Source of the DNA: Acidimicrobiia bacterium
GTDB taxonomy: Bacteria > Actinomycetota > Acidimicrobiia > Spongiisociales > Spongiisociaceae
Length of the DNA stretch: 64,000 bases
Direction: 5' to 3'
Assembly (NCBI GenBank): GCA_965200835.1
Contig: OZ241390.1
Coordinates: 2,327,616-2,391,615, forward strand
The position numbers and the translations under genes were made by a program. The notes beneath the pieces were generated by a model. It was not told the DNA's origin. It saw only the letters and a program-made list of their open reading frames with translations, and ran no database searches. This document shows positions 39,438 to 48,877 of the stretch, piece by piece (positions within the stretch are counted from its first letter, which is position 1; the number at the start of each line of letters is the position of its first letter).

Positions 39438-40502
39438 ATGACCCAGGCAGGACTATTCGGATTCTCCAACTCGGGCAAGACGACCCTATTCAACGCTCTG
39501 ACTGGTCTGGACGCCCTGGCGGCTCCCCACCTCTTCACCACCGCCGAGCCCAATCTGGGAGTGGTAAGAGTCGCCGACCCCCGACTCGACACGGTGGCGG
39601 CCTTGGAGAAGTCCCGTAAGGCCACCGACGCCAGCTTCGATCTCTACGACCTTCCCGCAGTTCAAGCAGGATCGGTCAGAGGTCTCGGGCCTCGGAGAGA
39701 GCCGGACGTCCTGGTGGTGGTACTGCGAGGTCACGACAGTGGCTGGGTGCCGGTCGGCGACCACGGCACTGATCCGGTGGTTCAAGCAGAGGATCTGCTG
39801 GTGGAGATGGCGGTCGCGGACCATGAGGTGTTCGACCGACGCCGAGTCCGCATACAGAAGGAGGCCTCAGCAGATCCGACGTTGCGTCCGGCTGCCGAAG
39901 CGATCGATCGGGCAGCGGAGCGGTTGGCAGAAGGGATCCCGCTACGAGCTCACAAATGGTCCGAGCGCGAGCTGCGAGCTTTTCGCGACCTGGCGCCGTT
40001 GAGCCTGGTGCCCTGCCTATGGGTGGTGAACGTGGCTGAGGACGATCCCAACTACGAGCCCGGGTTGGTCCGGCTGAGGGAAGCGGTCCCGAGCGGCGAA
40101 CCGGTAATGGCGGTATCCGCTCTGCTGGAGGAAGAGGTCATCCGCATGGACGCCTCAGAACGCGACGAGATGTACCGAGAGCTGGGCCTGGGTAAGGGGG
40201 CAGCCCAGGCGGTCACCCGGGCGGTTTACGATGTGCTCGGGCTGATCACCTTCTACACCCTCAGCCGGCGCGAGTGCCGGGCCTGGACGATTCGTGAGGG
40301 AACATCGGTCCGGGTGGCGGCCGGCAAGGTCCATTCCGACCTGGAGCGGGGTTTCATCCGGGCCGAGGTGGCACCCATCGATGACATCATCAGACATGGT
40401 GGCTGGGCGCCTGCCAGAGCAGCGGGTGGGGTAGTCAGGGTGGAAGGACGGGAGTACGTGGTCCGTGACGGTGATGTGGTGCTGGTGAGATTCTCGGTGT
40501 GA
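39438..40502 (+). CDS. Divergent YchF/Obg-like ATPase (DUF933 C-terminus)
   Basis: GFSNSGKTTLFNALT, FTTAEPN.G, LGLITFYT, AAGKVHSDLERGFIRAEV, EGREYVVRDGDV. Confidence 0.88.
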   Translation: MTQAGLFGFSNSGKTTLFNALTGLDALAAPHLFTTAEPNLGVVRVADPRLDTVAALEKSRKATDASFDLYDLPAVQAGSVRGLGPRREPDVLVVVLRGHDSGWVPVGDHGTDPVVQAEDLLVEMAVADHEVFDRRRVRIQKEASADPTLRPAAEAIDRAAERLAEGIPLRAHKWSERELRAFRDLAPLSLVPCLWVVNVAEDDPNYEPGLVRLREAVPSGEPVMAVSALLEEEVIRMDASERDEMYRELGLGKGAAQAVTRAVYDVLGLITFYTLSRRECRAWTIREGTSVRVAAGKVHSDLERGFIRAEVAPIDDIIRHGGWAPARAAGGVVRVEGREYVVRDGDVVLVRFSV

Positions 40503-40545
40503 GCATCCGGAACCACACCATGAGTCGGGCAGGTCAGGGCACGGC

Positions 40546-41448
40546 GTGAAGCGAGGATACTTCAGCAAGACGGCCGCTTTGGCGGCGCGCGGCTTTGCTA
40601 TCGGGTGTGCCGATCTGGTTCCGGGGGTGTCCGGCGGCACCGTGGCCTTGGTTACCGGTATCTATCCCCGCTTGGTGGCGGCCATCAGTACCGGAGCCGC
40701 ATCGGTCGGCCGCCTGATCAGGGGCGATCTAAGGGGAGCTATCTCGGGTGCCAAGCAGGTCGAATGGCGCTTCCTCCTACCGGTCATCGTGGGGGCTGGG
40801 GCGGCGGTCGCCACCATGGCGAGTCTGGTGGAAGATCTGCTGCACCAATATCCGATCCGGATGGCGGCTGTCTTCTTCGGGTTGATCGCCGGGAGCGTGA
40901 TAGTGGCCTGGCACATCCTGCGGGCACCAGCCTTCCGGCATCTGGTGATCGCCCTAGCGATCGGGACCAGTTCCTTCGTGGGATTCGGATTGCGGCGGTC
41001 GGTGGTCGGTGACCCTGATTGGTACCTGTTTCTGGGCGCGGGTGCGCTGGCCATCTGTGCCTTCATCCTCCCGGGAGTGAGCGGATCGTTCCTGTTGCTG
41101 GCTATCGGCATGTACCAGCAGGCGCTCAGTGTGGTGAGCGACCTCCGGGTGGGCCCCCTGCTGGTCTTCGCGCTGGGTGCCGCCGTGGGTCTCGGGCTTT
41201 TCTCCCGGCTCCTGCAATGGCTGCTCGACGGCTACCACGACCTGGTGGTAGCGGCCATGATCGGGTTGATGATCGGATCCTTCCGCATCCTGTGGCCCTG
41301 GCCGGCCGGGCTCGGCAACGAGGAGGGCGCCGGGGCCACCGTCCTCGGGATGCCGGGTTCCGATGTGGCGGTGCCGGTAGCACTGGCGACCGTCTCGGCC
41401 CTGGCCGTGATCGGTTTCGCCACCTGGGCAGCCCGTAAGACACCCTGA
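40546..41448 (+). CDS. DUF368 membrane protein (undecaprenyl-phosphate translocase family)
   Basis: G.ADLVPGVSGGTVA..TGIY and ICAFILPGVSGS repeats. Confidence 0.92.
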   Translation: MKRGYFSKTAALAARGFAIGCADLVPGVSGGTVALVTGIYPRLVAAISTGAASVGRLIRGDLRGAISGAKQVEWRFLLPVIVGAGAAVATMASLVEDLLHQYPIRMAAVFFGLIAGSVIVAWHILRAPAFRHLVIALAIGTSSFVGFGLRRSVVGDPDWYLFLGAGALAICAFILPGVSGSFLLLAIGMYQQALSVVSDLRVGPLLVFALGAAVGLGLFSRLLQWLLDGYHDLVVAAMIGLMIGSFRILWPWPAGLGNEEGAGATVLGMPGSDVAVPVALATVSALAVIGFATWAARKTP

Positions 41449-41566
41449 ACCTCGTCCGCCTGGGTTCTCGAGCGGCCGGCAACGCCGGACACCCCCGGCA
41501 TTCCCCTGGCAGGCCCGGGTTTGGGCCGGCCAAGCCTTCAGCGGATCTGATCAGGATGCCAGGTGA

Positions 41567-42409
41567 CTACCGGCCCGCGATCCGTTCATATATGGCAGGC
41601 CGGCGGTCCCGGTAGAACGCCCAATGGAGCCGGACCTCATCGATCAGATCCAGGTCCAGGTCCCTCACCACCACCTCATCGTCGGTGTCCGAAGCCGTGC
41701 CCCCGATGATCTCTCCCCGGGGGGAGGCGAAGTAGGAACTGCCGTAGTAATCCGTTCCCTCGAGGTTCTCGCTACCGACCCGGTTGATGGCTCCCACGAA
41801 ATACTCGTTGGCCACCGCGGCCGCCGGCTGTTCCAACTCCCACAGATACTTCGAGTGTCCCCGGGTGGTGGCTGAAGGATTGAATACGATCTTGGCTCCG
41901 GCCAGGCCTAGCTCGCGCCAACCCTCCGGGAAGTGGCGGTCGTAGCAGATATACACCCCGATCCGCCCCACGGCGGTGTCGAAAACCGGATATCCGAGGT
42001 TGCCCGGCCGGAAGTAGAACTTCTCCCAGAAACCCGCCACCTGCGGGATATGGGTCTTGCGGTACTTGCCCAGATAGGTCCCGTCGGCATCGATGACCGC
42101 CGCGGCGTTGTAGTAATGGCCGGTGTCCTCCACTTCGAAGATCGGCACGATCAGCACCATCGAGGTCTCACGGGCCAGTTCGATCATCCGGGTGATGGTG
42201 GGACCGTCGGGGATGGCTTCGGCGGTGGCGAAGTTCTCGTTCTCCTGATGGGTGCAGAAGTAAGGGGTGTTGAAGATCTCCTGGAAGCAGAGAATCTGCG
42301 CCCCCTGGTCGGCGGCCTGGCGGGCATAGTCGATGTTCTTGCCGATCATGGACTCCTTGTCACCCGTCCACTCGGTCTGGACGAGCGCCGCCCGCACCAC
42401 ATTCGCCAT
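41567..42409 (-). CDS. Nitrilase-superfamily hydrolase, beta-ureidopropionase-like
   Basis: CFQEIF, YRKTHIP, FWEKFYFRPG, ICYDRHFPE, FYRDRRP. Confidence 0.9.
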   Translation of the reverse strand: MANVVRAALVQTEWTGDKESMIGKNIDYARQAADQGAQILCFQEIFNTPYFCTHQENENFATAEAIPDGPTITRMIELARETSMVLIVPIFEVEDTGHYYNAAAVIDADGTYLGKYRKTHIPQVAGFWEKFYFRPGNLGYPVFDTAVGRIGVYICYDRHFPEGWRELGLAGAKIVFNPSATTRGHSKYLWELEQPAAAVANEYFVGAINRVGSENLEGTDYYGSSYFASPRGEIIGGTASDTDDEVVVRDLDLDLIDEVRLHWAFYRDRRPAIYERIAGR

Positions 42410-42450
42410 CCGGTCTCCTTCCTCGGGTCCGTCACGACACGGAATCGGAT

Positions 42451-42473
42451 CCAGTTTACAAACTGTAAAATGG
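42451..42473. promoter_or_regulatory. Palindromic operator between divergent carbamoylase genes
   Basis: CCA(G)TTTACA-AAC-TGTAAA(A)TGG, AT-rich in a GC-rich context. Confidence 0.7.
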
Positions 42474-42501
42474 TGACCCTAAACCGGGGAAGGGTGCTGA
42501 G

Positions 42502-43440
42502 ATGTCACGACGCATTACCGTCGGTGCGGGTCAGATGGGCCCCATCGGCAAGGATGAATCGAAGAGCGACGTAGTGGATCGCCTGCTGGTGCTGCTGCAT
42601 GAAGCGCACGATCAGGGGGTGGACTTGCTGGTCTACCCGGAACTGGCGATGACCACCTTCTTCCCCCGCTGGTTCGTGGAGAATCCGGCCGACTTCGACC
42701 ACTACTACCACCGCGAGATGCCCGACGCCGATACCAAGCGGCTGTTCGACGAGGCGCAGCACCTGGGGATCGGCTTCGTCCTCGGATACGCCGAGATCGA
42801 GACCGACGACCAGGGGACGGAACACCGTTACAACACCTATCTCCTGGTTGAGCGGGATGGTTCGGTGGTAGCCAAGTTCCGCAAGGTCCACATTCCCGGC
42901 CATGCTCAATACGAGCCGTGGCGGGCATTCCAGCACGCCGAGCGCCACTACTTCGAGCCGGGTCCGGATGGCTTCGGTACCTGGCGAGCCTTCGACGGCG
43001 TGGTCGGGATGGCCATCTGCAACGACCGGCGCTGGCCGGAAACCTACCGGGTGCTCGGGTTGCAGGGTGCCGAGCTGATTCTGATCGGCTACAACACTCC
43101 CATCCACTACGCCCCCGACCCCACCCAGAACTCCCTTTCTGCCTTCCACAACCATTTGGTCATGCAGGCGGGCGCGTACCAGAACGGGGCCTACGTGGTG
43201 GGAGTGGCCAAGGGCGGGATCGAGGAGGGGGTGGACAGCCTGGCCCAGAGTGTCATAATCGCCCCGTCCGGGCAGATCATCGCCCAGGCGATCACCATCG
43301 GCGATGAGGTGGTCTCAGCCACTATCGACCTGGACTTCTGCGACACCTACAAGCAGACCCTGTTCAACTTCGACTACTACCGGATGCCGGAGCACTACGG
43401 GCTCATAACCGAACGACGGGGTGCCATCTCTCCGGAGTAG
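42502..43440 (+). CDS. N-carbamoyl-D-amino-acid amidohydrolase (D-carbamoylase)
   Basis: YPELAMTTFFPRW, RKVHIPGH, FQHAERHYFEPG, ICNDRRWPE, GYNTP, AGAYQN. Confidence 0.9.
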   Translation: MSRRITVGAGQMGPIGKDESKSDVVDRLLVLLHEAHDQGVDLLVYPELAMTTFFPRWFVENPADFDHYYHREMPDADTKRLFDEAQHLGIGFVLGYAEIETDDQGTEHRYNTYLLVERDGSVVAKFRKVHIPGHAQYEPWRAFQHAERHYFEPGPDGFGTWRAFDGVVGMAICNDRRWPETYRVLGLQGAELILIGYNTPIHYAPDPTQNSLSAFHNHLVMQAGAYQNGAYVVGVAKGGIEEGVDSLAQSVIIAPSGQIIAQAITIGDEVVSATIDLDFCDTYKQTLFNFDYYRMPEHYGLITERRGAISPE

Positions 43441-43444
43441 GCCT

Positions 43445-44722
43445 ATGTTCGTGACCTCCCTGCGATGCACGGTCTGCCGGCTGTCGTACCATCCCCGGCC
43501 GGGTCGCTACGTGTGCGACGGCTGCGGTGAGGGCGGAACGCTGGATGTCCGGTACGACTACCCGGCTATCAGTGCAGTTCTCTCCCCGCGGACGCTGGCC
43601 TCGAAATCCGACCCTTCCATGTGGCGGTACCGGGCGTTGTTGCCGGTGGAAGCCGGTAGGCCGGTCTCGTCGCTGGGGGTGGGGGGAACGCCGCTAGTCC
43701 CATCGAGGCTGTTTGCTCGGGAGTTCGGGGTCGGGAAGCTCTGGATCAAGGACGAGGGACGCCAACCTACTGCTTCGTTGAAGGATCGGGCCTCGGCGGT
43801 CGCTCTGGCCCGGGCGGCCCAGGAAGGTGCCTCGGTGGTTACCACGGCCTCCACCGGTAATGCCGCGGCGGCGCTGGCCGGTCTGGCAGCTGGAACGGGT
43901 CAGCGTGCAGTGATCTTCGTACCGGACACCGCACCCCAAGCCAAAGTGGCCCAGCTCCTGGCCTTCGGCGCCACGGTGGCGCTGGTCGAGGGGGGATACA
44001 GCGCGGCGATCGAGGTCTGCCAGCAAGCCGTAGCCCGTTTCGGCTGGTACAACCGCACGACCGGGATCAACCCCTACGTGGGCGAGGGCAAGAAGACGGT
44101 GGCGCTCGAGATCGTCGAGCAGCTGGGTTGGGAGGCGCCCGAGGCCATATTCGTCAGTGTGGGCGATGGTTCGATCATCGGTGGAGTCCACAAGGGGCTT
44201 CGGGACGCAATGGCCCTCGGCTGGATCGAGCACATGCCGCGTATCTTCGGTGTCCAGGCCGCTGGTAGCGCGTATCTGGCCGATGCCTGGATGAACGGGG
44301 AGAATGTGCTGACCAAGCTGGCCATCGGTGCGAACACCCGAGCCGACTCGATCAGCGCTGATCTGCCGCGTGACCGGGTCAAGGCCATGGCCGCCGTCCA
44401 GGAGACTGGGGGCGCCTGGGTAGTGGTCGAGGACGAGGAGATCCTGTCCATGATCCCCTACGTGGCAGCCCGGTCCGGGGTGTTTCCGGAACCGGCCGCG
44501 GCGGCTGCCTTCGCGGGCTTGGCCGCGGTCAGCCGGGGGAGCCGGGCAGCTGGCGCTGGTGTAGGGGGGAGTGATCGGGTGGTGGTCATTTCCACCGGCT
44601 CAGGTCTCAAGGACATCCCCGCCACCATGGAAGGGATCAAACAGACCGGAGCCACCGCCCTTCGTGTCCGGCCGGGACCGACGGCCCTCGACCTGTTCGA
44701 AACCAGCCAGAATGGCACCTGA
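43445..44722 (+). CDS. Threonine-synthase-like fold-type II PLP enzyme with Zn ribbon
   Basis: CTVC..CDGC, SMWRY, GGTPL, PTASLKDRAS, ASTGNAA, EGKKT, SVGDG, TGSGLKD. Confidence 0.88.
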   Translation: MFVTSLRCTVCRLSYHPRPGRYVCDGCGEGGTLDVRYDYPAISAVLSPRTLASKSDPSMWRYRALLPVEAGRPVSSLGVGGTPLVPSRLFAREFGVGKLWIKDEGRQPTASLKDRASAVALARAAQEGASVVTTASTGNAAAALAGLAAGTGQRAVIFVPDTAPQAKVAQLLAFGATVALVEGGYSAAIEVCQQAVARFGWYNRTTGINPYVGEGKKTVALEIVEQLGWEAPEAIFVSVGDGSIIGGVHKGLRDAMALGWIEHMPRIFGVQAAGSAYLADAWMNGENVLTKLAIGANTRADSISADLPRDRVKAMAAVQETGGAWVVVEDEEILSMIPYVAARSGVFPEPAAAAAFAGLAAVSRGSRAAGAGVGGSDRVVVISTGSGLKDIPATMEGIKQTGATALRVRPGPTALDLFETSQNGT

Positions 44723-44743
44723 TTCAGCTCTGAGGAAGCCGAT

Positions 44744-46204
44744 ATGATCGATCTGACTGTTGACCGGACCGCTCTCGAAACCGTGGCTGGCCACACGAGG
44801 GAGCGGGCCGTGCGCATCCCGACCTTTGCCCAGATGCGGGACCCATCTCTGATCCCGGCGAAGGTCAAGCGTGACTTGGCAGGCATCGGCCTGTGGGATC
44901 TGCATCCGCTCAACCTGTTCCGGATCACCTGGCACAACGAGCCGGTTAGCCATGGGGGCGGGTTCGGGCCGGTCAATCACGTGGAGTGGCCTCGGGAGCT
45001 AACTGGAACCAGCGCCCGGATCGTGTCCCTGATCGGCAAGTGGTTTCCTACCGGCGCTCACAAGGTGGGAGCCGCCTTCGGATGCCTGGTTCCCCGGCTG
45101 GTGACCGGGCAATTCGATCCGGCTTCACAGAAAGCCGTCTGGCCCTCCACCGGCAACTACTGCCGGGGTGGTGCTTACGACTCGCACCTGTTGGGTTGCG
45201 ACTCGATTGCCATCCTTCCGGAAGGTATGAGCCGAGAGCGCTTCGAATGGTTACACACGGTAGCGGGGGAGATCATCAAGACCCCGGGTTCGGAGTCCAA
45301 CGTCAAGGAGATCTTCGACAAGTGCCACGAACTGGCCTGCTCCGGCGAGGACCTGATGATCTTCAACCAGTTCGACGAGTTCGGCAACTATCTGTGGCAT
45401 GCGTCGGTGACCGGACCGGCTATCGAGTCGATGCTTTCCTCAGTGATGGATAGGAACGACCGGTTCAGGGGAGTTGCGGTAACCACCGGATCGGCCGGCA
45501 CCATCGCGGCCGGTGATTACCTCAAGCAGCGCTTTCCCAGATCCCTGATCGCCGGTGGGGAAGCCATCCAGTGCCCCACCATGCTGCTGAACGGGTTCGG
45601 GGAGCACCGGATCGAGGGGATCGGCGACAAGCACATTCCGTGGGTCCACAATGTGAAGAACACCGATCTGGCCATCGGATTGGACGACGAGGCAGCCATA
45701 GCACTCACCCGGCTGTTCAATGAACCGGCCGGCCAGGACTATCTAGCCGACCAGGGTGTGGACTCCGCAACCGTGGAGCACCTGCCGCTGCTGGGTATTT
45801 CGGGGTCCGCCAACCTGCTGGCCGCTATCAAGATGGCCAAGTATTACGAGATGACCGATAGGGACGTGGTGGTCACGATCGCCACTGATTCGATGGACAT
45901 GTACCGGAGTCGTCTCCACGAGCTGACCGAGGACCGAGGCACCTTTACCACCCACGACGCGGTAGCTGCTTTCCATCGCCACCTGCTGGGTGCGTCCACC
46001 GAACATGTTCATGAGCTCGGTTACTACGACCGCAAGCGGATCCACAACCTCAAGTACTACACCTGGGTGGAGCAGCAGGGGAAGACCTACGAGGAGATCC
46101 AGGCCCAGTGGTATGACGATGATTACTGGACCGGTATCCAAGCCCTGGCCGACCCGATCGACCAGCTGATCGCCGAGTTCAACCACCTAACCGGACTGGG
46201 CTGA
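44744..46204 (+). CDS. Fold-type II PLP-dependent enzyme (cysteine synthase/ammonia-lyase-like)
   Basis: FPTGAHKVGA PLP lysine, PSTGNYCRGG, TGSAGT, HRIEGIGDKHIPW. Confidence 0.85.
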   Translation: MIDLTVDRTALETVAGHTRERAVRIPTFAQMRDPSLIPAKVKRDLAGIGLWDLHPLNLFRITWHNEPVSHGGGFGPVNHVEWPRELTGTSARIVSLIGKWFPTGAHKVGAAFGCLVPRLVTGQFDPASQKAVWPSTGNYCRGGAYDSHLLGCDSIAILPEGMSRERFEWLHTVAGEIIKTPGSESNVKEIFDKCHELACSGEDLMIFNQFDEFGNYLWHASVTGPAIESMLSSVMDRNDRFRGVAVTTGSAGTIAAGDYLKQRFPRSLIAGGEAIQCPTMLLNGFGEHRIEGIGDKHIPWVHNVKNTDLAIGLDDEAAIALTRLFNEPAGQDYLADQGVDSATVEHLPLLGISGSANLLAAIKMAKYYEMTDRDVVVTIATDSMDMYRSRLHELTEDRGTFTTHDAVAAFHRHLLGASTEHVHELGYYDRKRIHNLKYYTWVEQQGKTYEEIQAQWYDDDYWTGIQALADPIDQLIAEFNHLTGLG

Positions 46205-46377
46205 TCCTGGGCGGCGGCAGGTTCGAACTGGTCGGATGGGGGCTGTTCACGGTCTCCGGCGTGGTGTTTCTGGTGGCCGCTATACGAGACGGGGACACCC
46301 TGTTACTTTGGGGCTCGATCACCTGGTTGGTAGGGGTGGCTTTCTTTCTGGCCGCTCATCGCCGGAGCCGAAGCTGA
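46201..46377 (+). CDS. 58-aa two-TM microprotein (not in ORF track), non-canonical CTG start
   Basis: LILGGGRFELVGWGLFTVSGVVFLVAAIRDGDTLLLWGSITWLVGVAFFLAAHRRSRS*; CTG overlaps the upstream TGA. Confidence 0.55.
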   Translation: MILGGGRFELVGWGLFTVSGVVFLVAAIRDGDTLLLWGSITWLVGVAFFLAAHRRSRS

Positions 46378-46379
46378 GG

Positions 46380-46535
46380 CAGGTTAGGAGCTCACTACTA
46401 CTCAGCGTTCCGTACCTTCCTTATGATGGAAGAAACAAAGTATATCGGGTGGTCATTCATACACGAGATATCGAAGAACACAGCGCCTTATTCAGAGATC
46501 TCATAGATCTGGCTCAATCTCATTACAGTAGTTAG
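46380..46535 (+). pseudogene. Low-GC C-terminal gene remnant
   Basis: YDGRNKVYRVVIHTRDIEEHSALFRDLIDLAQSHY* is protein-like and GC drops abruptly; no credible start. Confidence 0.35.
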
Positions 46536-46674
46536 CAGGTTTAGCTTCCTGGATCTAGATCCCCGACCGTCTCTTCGCTCCAGACTGTCCGCTGGTCTCC
46601 ATAGGACACGAGCCGCTCCTAGCCGTCGCTATTCGGCACAGGCGTTGTGCCTTTACAAAGAGCCATTACCCATA

Positions 46675-47154
46675 TCACAAGCCGGATCGTTGGCGGGACC
46701 TCAACCGCGGGTAGCTTTCGAGCCAGGCGTACTTGTGTGCTTCACCAAGGGATAGCTGTGCTGTCGAAGTGTGATTTCCTAGGTAAGGAGCGGCGGCTCC
46801 TAGTTCCTCGACTCTCATCGAGTCTCTGAGGTGAGCACCCGGAGCATGTTCTGCGGCGTCGGGTGGGAGGCCGATGCCCAAGAATCCCTCGATTCTCGAC
46901 AGCCGCTGCACTATCTCGATCTGGAGGGTTCTGATCTCCGCTACTTCTTGGCGGATGCCACCCAACCCGGCTTGCATTTGCCACATGAATCCCAGCACGG
47001 ACAGGACGACGGCTAGGACCGCGGCCGCGATCTGCCAGGGCTTGATTACGGCCACCGCCAGCTGGGCGGCCACCGGGGAGACTACTGGCTGCTGTGTTCC
47101 GGTATGGGCCGTGACAGCCGGGTCGGTGGTCTCCTCCAGGGGCATGGTGGCCAT
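46675..47154 (-). CDS. Hypothetical single-TM/coiled-coil protein
   Basis: AGGAG RBS; TM IAAAVLAVVLSVLGFMW then IRQEVAEIR...RLSRIEGFL. Confidence 0.6.
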   Translation of the reverse strand: MATMPLEETTDPAVTAHTGTQQPVVSPVAAQLAVAVIKPWQIAAAVLAVVLSVLGFMWQMQAGLGGIRQEVAEIRTLQIEIVQRLSRIEGFLGIGLPPDAAEHAPGAHLRDSMRVEELGAAAPYLGNHTSTAQLSLGEAHKYAWLESYPRLRSRQRSGL

Positions 47155-47335
47155 CAGGCTCCTCTCATAACCCAGTGTTTACAGCTAACATATACTATAT
47201 AGCGTTGATAGGATACTGATAACCCGTAACACCGTGTTCCAGGCCTACATACCTGAGAAGAGACGATGGTTAACGGTACCGTCTCCCTACACCCGACCTC
47301 TCAAGCCTTGACAGAGGTCCGCCCCTGGCCCCGAC

Positions 47336-47788
47336 TTACGGAAGGCCCACTCCTATGATCCGGGTGGGATGGACGAAGACAGCGGCTCGGCGCTCGGCAG
47401 CCATCACCCGGTCGTACTCCTCCCAGTCCTCGTGGGTGCCGCCGGCAGCGGTGAACACCTCACGAAGTAGGTGGGCAACCCCAGACGGGTCGAACCCTTG
47501 GTATCCATCGTCGGGACCGATGATGGTGGTGGAGCCTTCGACACCTATCCATGACCATCCTGCCCGGAACACGATGGTGGCCTTCGGGATACGGCGCCAG
47601 TGTCGGAGCTTCACCGTGTTGCCCCGAACCACTAGCGCCACCACCTCCTCACCTGTGACCGGATGGGTCATCACGCCAGCGTTGACCAGTGTGGAGTGTA
47701 CCGACCGGTCGCGGCGAGCGAACGACACCACGGCCAGACCCTGGTCGGCGGCTACGAACCGGCGTACATCATCCATCGTATGGTTCAT
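47336..47788 (-). CDS. PPOX-class F420-dependent oxidoreductase
   Basis: GLAVVS..R.D, VNAGV..HP, GW.W.GVEG, LLREVF.AAGGTHEDWEEYDRVM. Confidence 0.88.
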   Translation of the reverse strand: MNHTMDDVRRFVAADQGLAVVSFARRDRSVHSTLVNAGVMTHPVTGEEVVALVVRGNTVKLRHWRRIPKATIVFRAGWSWIGVEGSTTIIGPDDGYQGFDPSGVAHLLREVFTAAGGTHEDWEEYDRVMAAERRAAVFVHPTRIIGVGLP

Positions 47789-47883
47789 GGCTCGCCTCCT
47801 TGGCTTGCTTGCCCAGCATAGATCCCTGCCTTTACCCGTAACCTCATCCTGTTAAACACCCCGTGTAGCGTCCCGCGATTGGA

Positions 47884-48425
47884 CTACTGCTGGCTCCTGG
47901 TGGCGAGGGCATGTAGCCGGGCAACGCGATGGTCGCGCTCGCCCAGATAGCGAACCAGCACGTGCGCTACCGCGTCGCGGTCGAGGGTACCGGCTGCGTT
48001 CATTTCCTCCAGGTCGGCCCAGTCCCTGGTCCGGTCGAAGAAAGCTTTGAAAACGGCGAGGTCGCGACAGGCGAGGAAAGGTATATCGACGCCGGCGAAC
48101 CGCTCCATGGTGGCCCGGCGGGCGGCAGCCTGATGAAATGGGGTGGTGTTGAAGAACACATCGACGGGGGTCGTGTCCCACCATAGGCGGGCTTGTCCGT
48201 TGCTAGCGATATCGTGCCGGTCGGCGCTGGTGACCCGCACTCCCTCAGGTAGAGCGGCCAGTGTCTCGGTTATCCGATCGAGGCCGACGAAGAGGTTTAT
48301 GTCGATGTCGATCGTGGCGCGGGCTCGCCGGGTACACCAGGCGAGTGCCAGCGCACCACCGAATGCATGAGGGACGGCGGCCCTGTCCAGCGCTGCAGTA
48401 TCACGATGCGTTCGACCAGGTTCAT
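47884..48425 (-). CDS. Nucleotidyltransferase (AbiEii/DUF6036-like toxin), frameshift near 48395
   Basis: ATG 48425 overlaps the HTH stop (ATGA); MNLVERIVIL then shifted AALDRAAVPHAFGGALALAW...RATIDID, FKAFFDRTRDWADL. Confidence 0.75.
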
Positions 48426-48733
48426 CGTCCGAATACCGGCATGTCGAGCGAAGGTGAAGGGCGGCTTGGGAATTCGGCGGCCAACTCCAGCACGGCGGCC
48501 AGCTCGGTACCCGGGTCGAGCCGTTCATCGCCCCGGATCCGTGGACTTAGCTCCCAGTCGAGGGTAAACCCGGCGGCCCTAACGATCCGGTCCAGGGTGT
48601 CACAGGTAGGGATCTTGGTTCCGGCCTCATAGGCCGCGATAGTGGAGTGGGAGGTACCTGCTCGAGTTGCGAGCGCCCTCAGCGTGAGACCAGCTCTGGC
48701 ACGAGCCATTCGGATCACTTCGCCAGCGTTCAC
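48422..48733 (-). CDS. XRE-family HTH protein (antitoxin/regulator)
   Basis: IRMARARAGLTLRALATRAGTSHSTIAAYEAG...P. Confidence 0.88.
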   Translation of the reverse strand: MNAGEVIRMARARAGLTLRALATRAGTSHSTIAAYEAGTKIPTCDTLDRIVRAAGFTLDWELSPRIRGDERLDPGTELAAVLELAAEFPSRPSPSLDMPVFGR

Positions 48734-48746
48734 TTAGGGACCATCC

Positions 48747-48764
48747 GGTATCCGATCAGATACC
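48747..48764. promoter_or_regulatory. Near-perfect palindrome upstream of the HTH/nucleotidyltransferase operon
   Basis: GGTATC(C)GATC(A)GATACC, 14 bp from the start codon. Confidence 0.6.
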
Positions 48765-48877
48765 ACAATAACCCATGCTTGGGACTGTCCCGTCGACTCG
48801 ACCTTTGCCGTATCGATCGGCATGAGCCGCCGGTAGAGTCCGTGTTTGTTGCATATGGCCAGGAGGCGCAAAGACCG

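Noticed and set aside
858-41448. uppS, lipid kinase, VanW, amidase and DUF368 as one cell-wall/lipid-carrier system
   Set aside because: Scattered over 40 kb in separate transcription units; no shared motif seen
43445-44722. Housekeeping thrC
   Set aside because: No hom/thrB context; coupled to a carbamoylase and a second PLP enzyme, so the gene symbol is withheld
46236-46535. 99-aa ORF from the ORF track as a single gene
   Set aside because: The 5' half is better explained by the two-TM microprotein in another frame and the 3' half by a low-GC remnant
46551-46562. Perfect palindrome GGATCTAGATCC
   Set aside because: Single short occurrence with no supporting context
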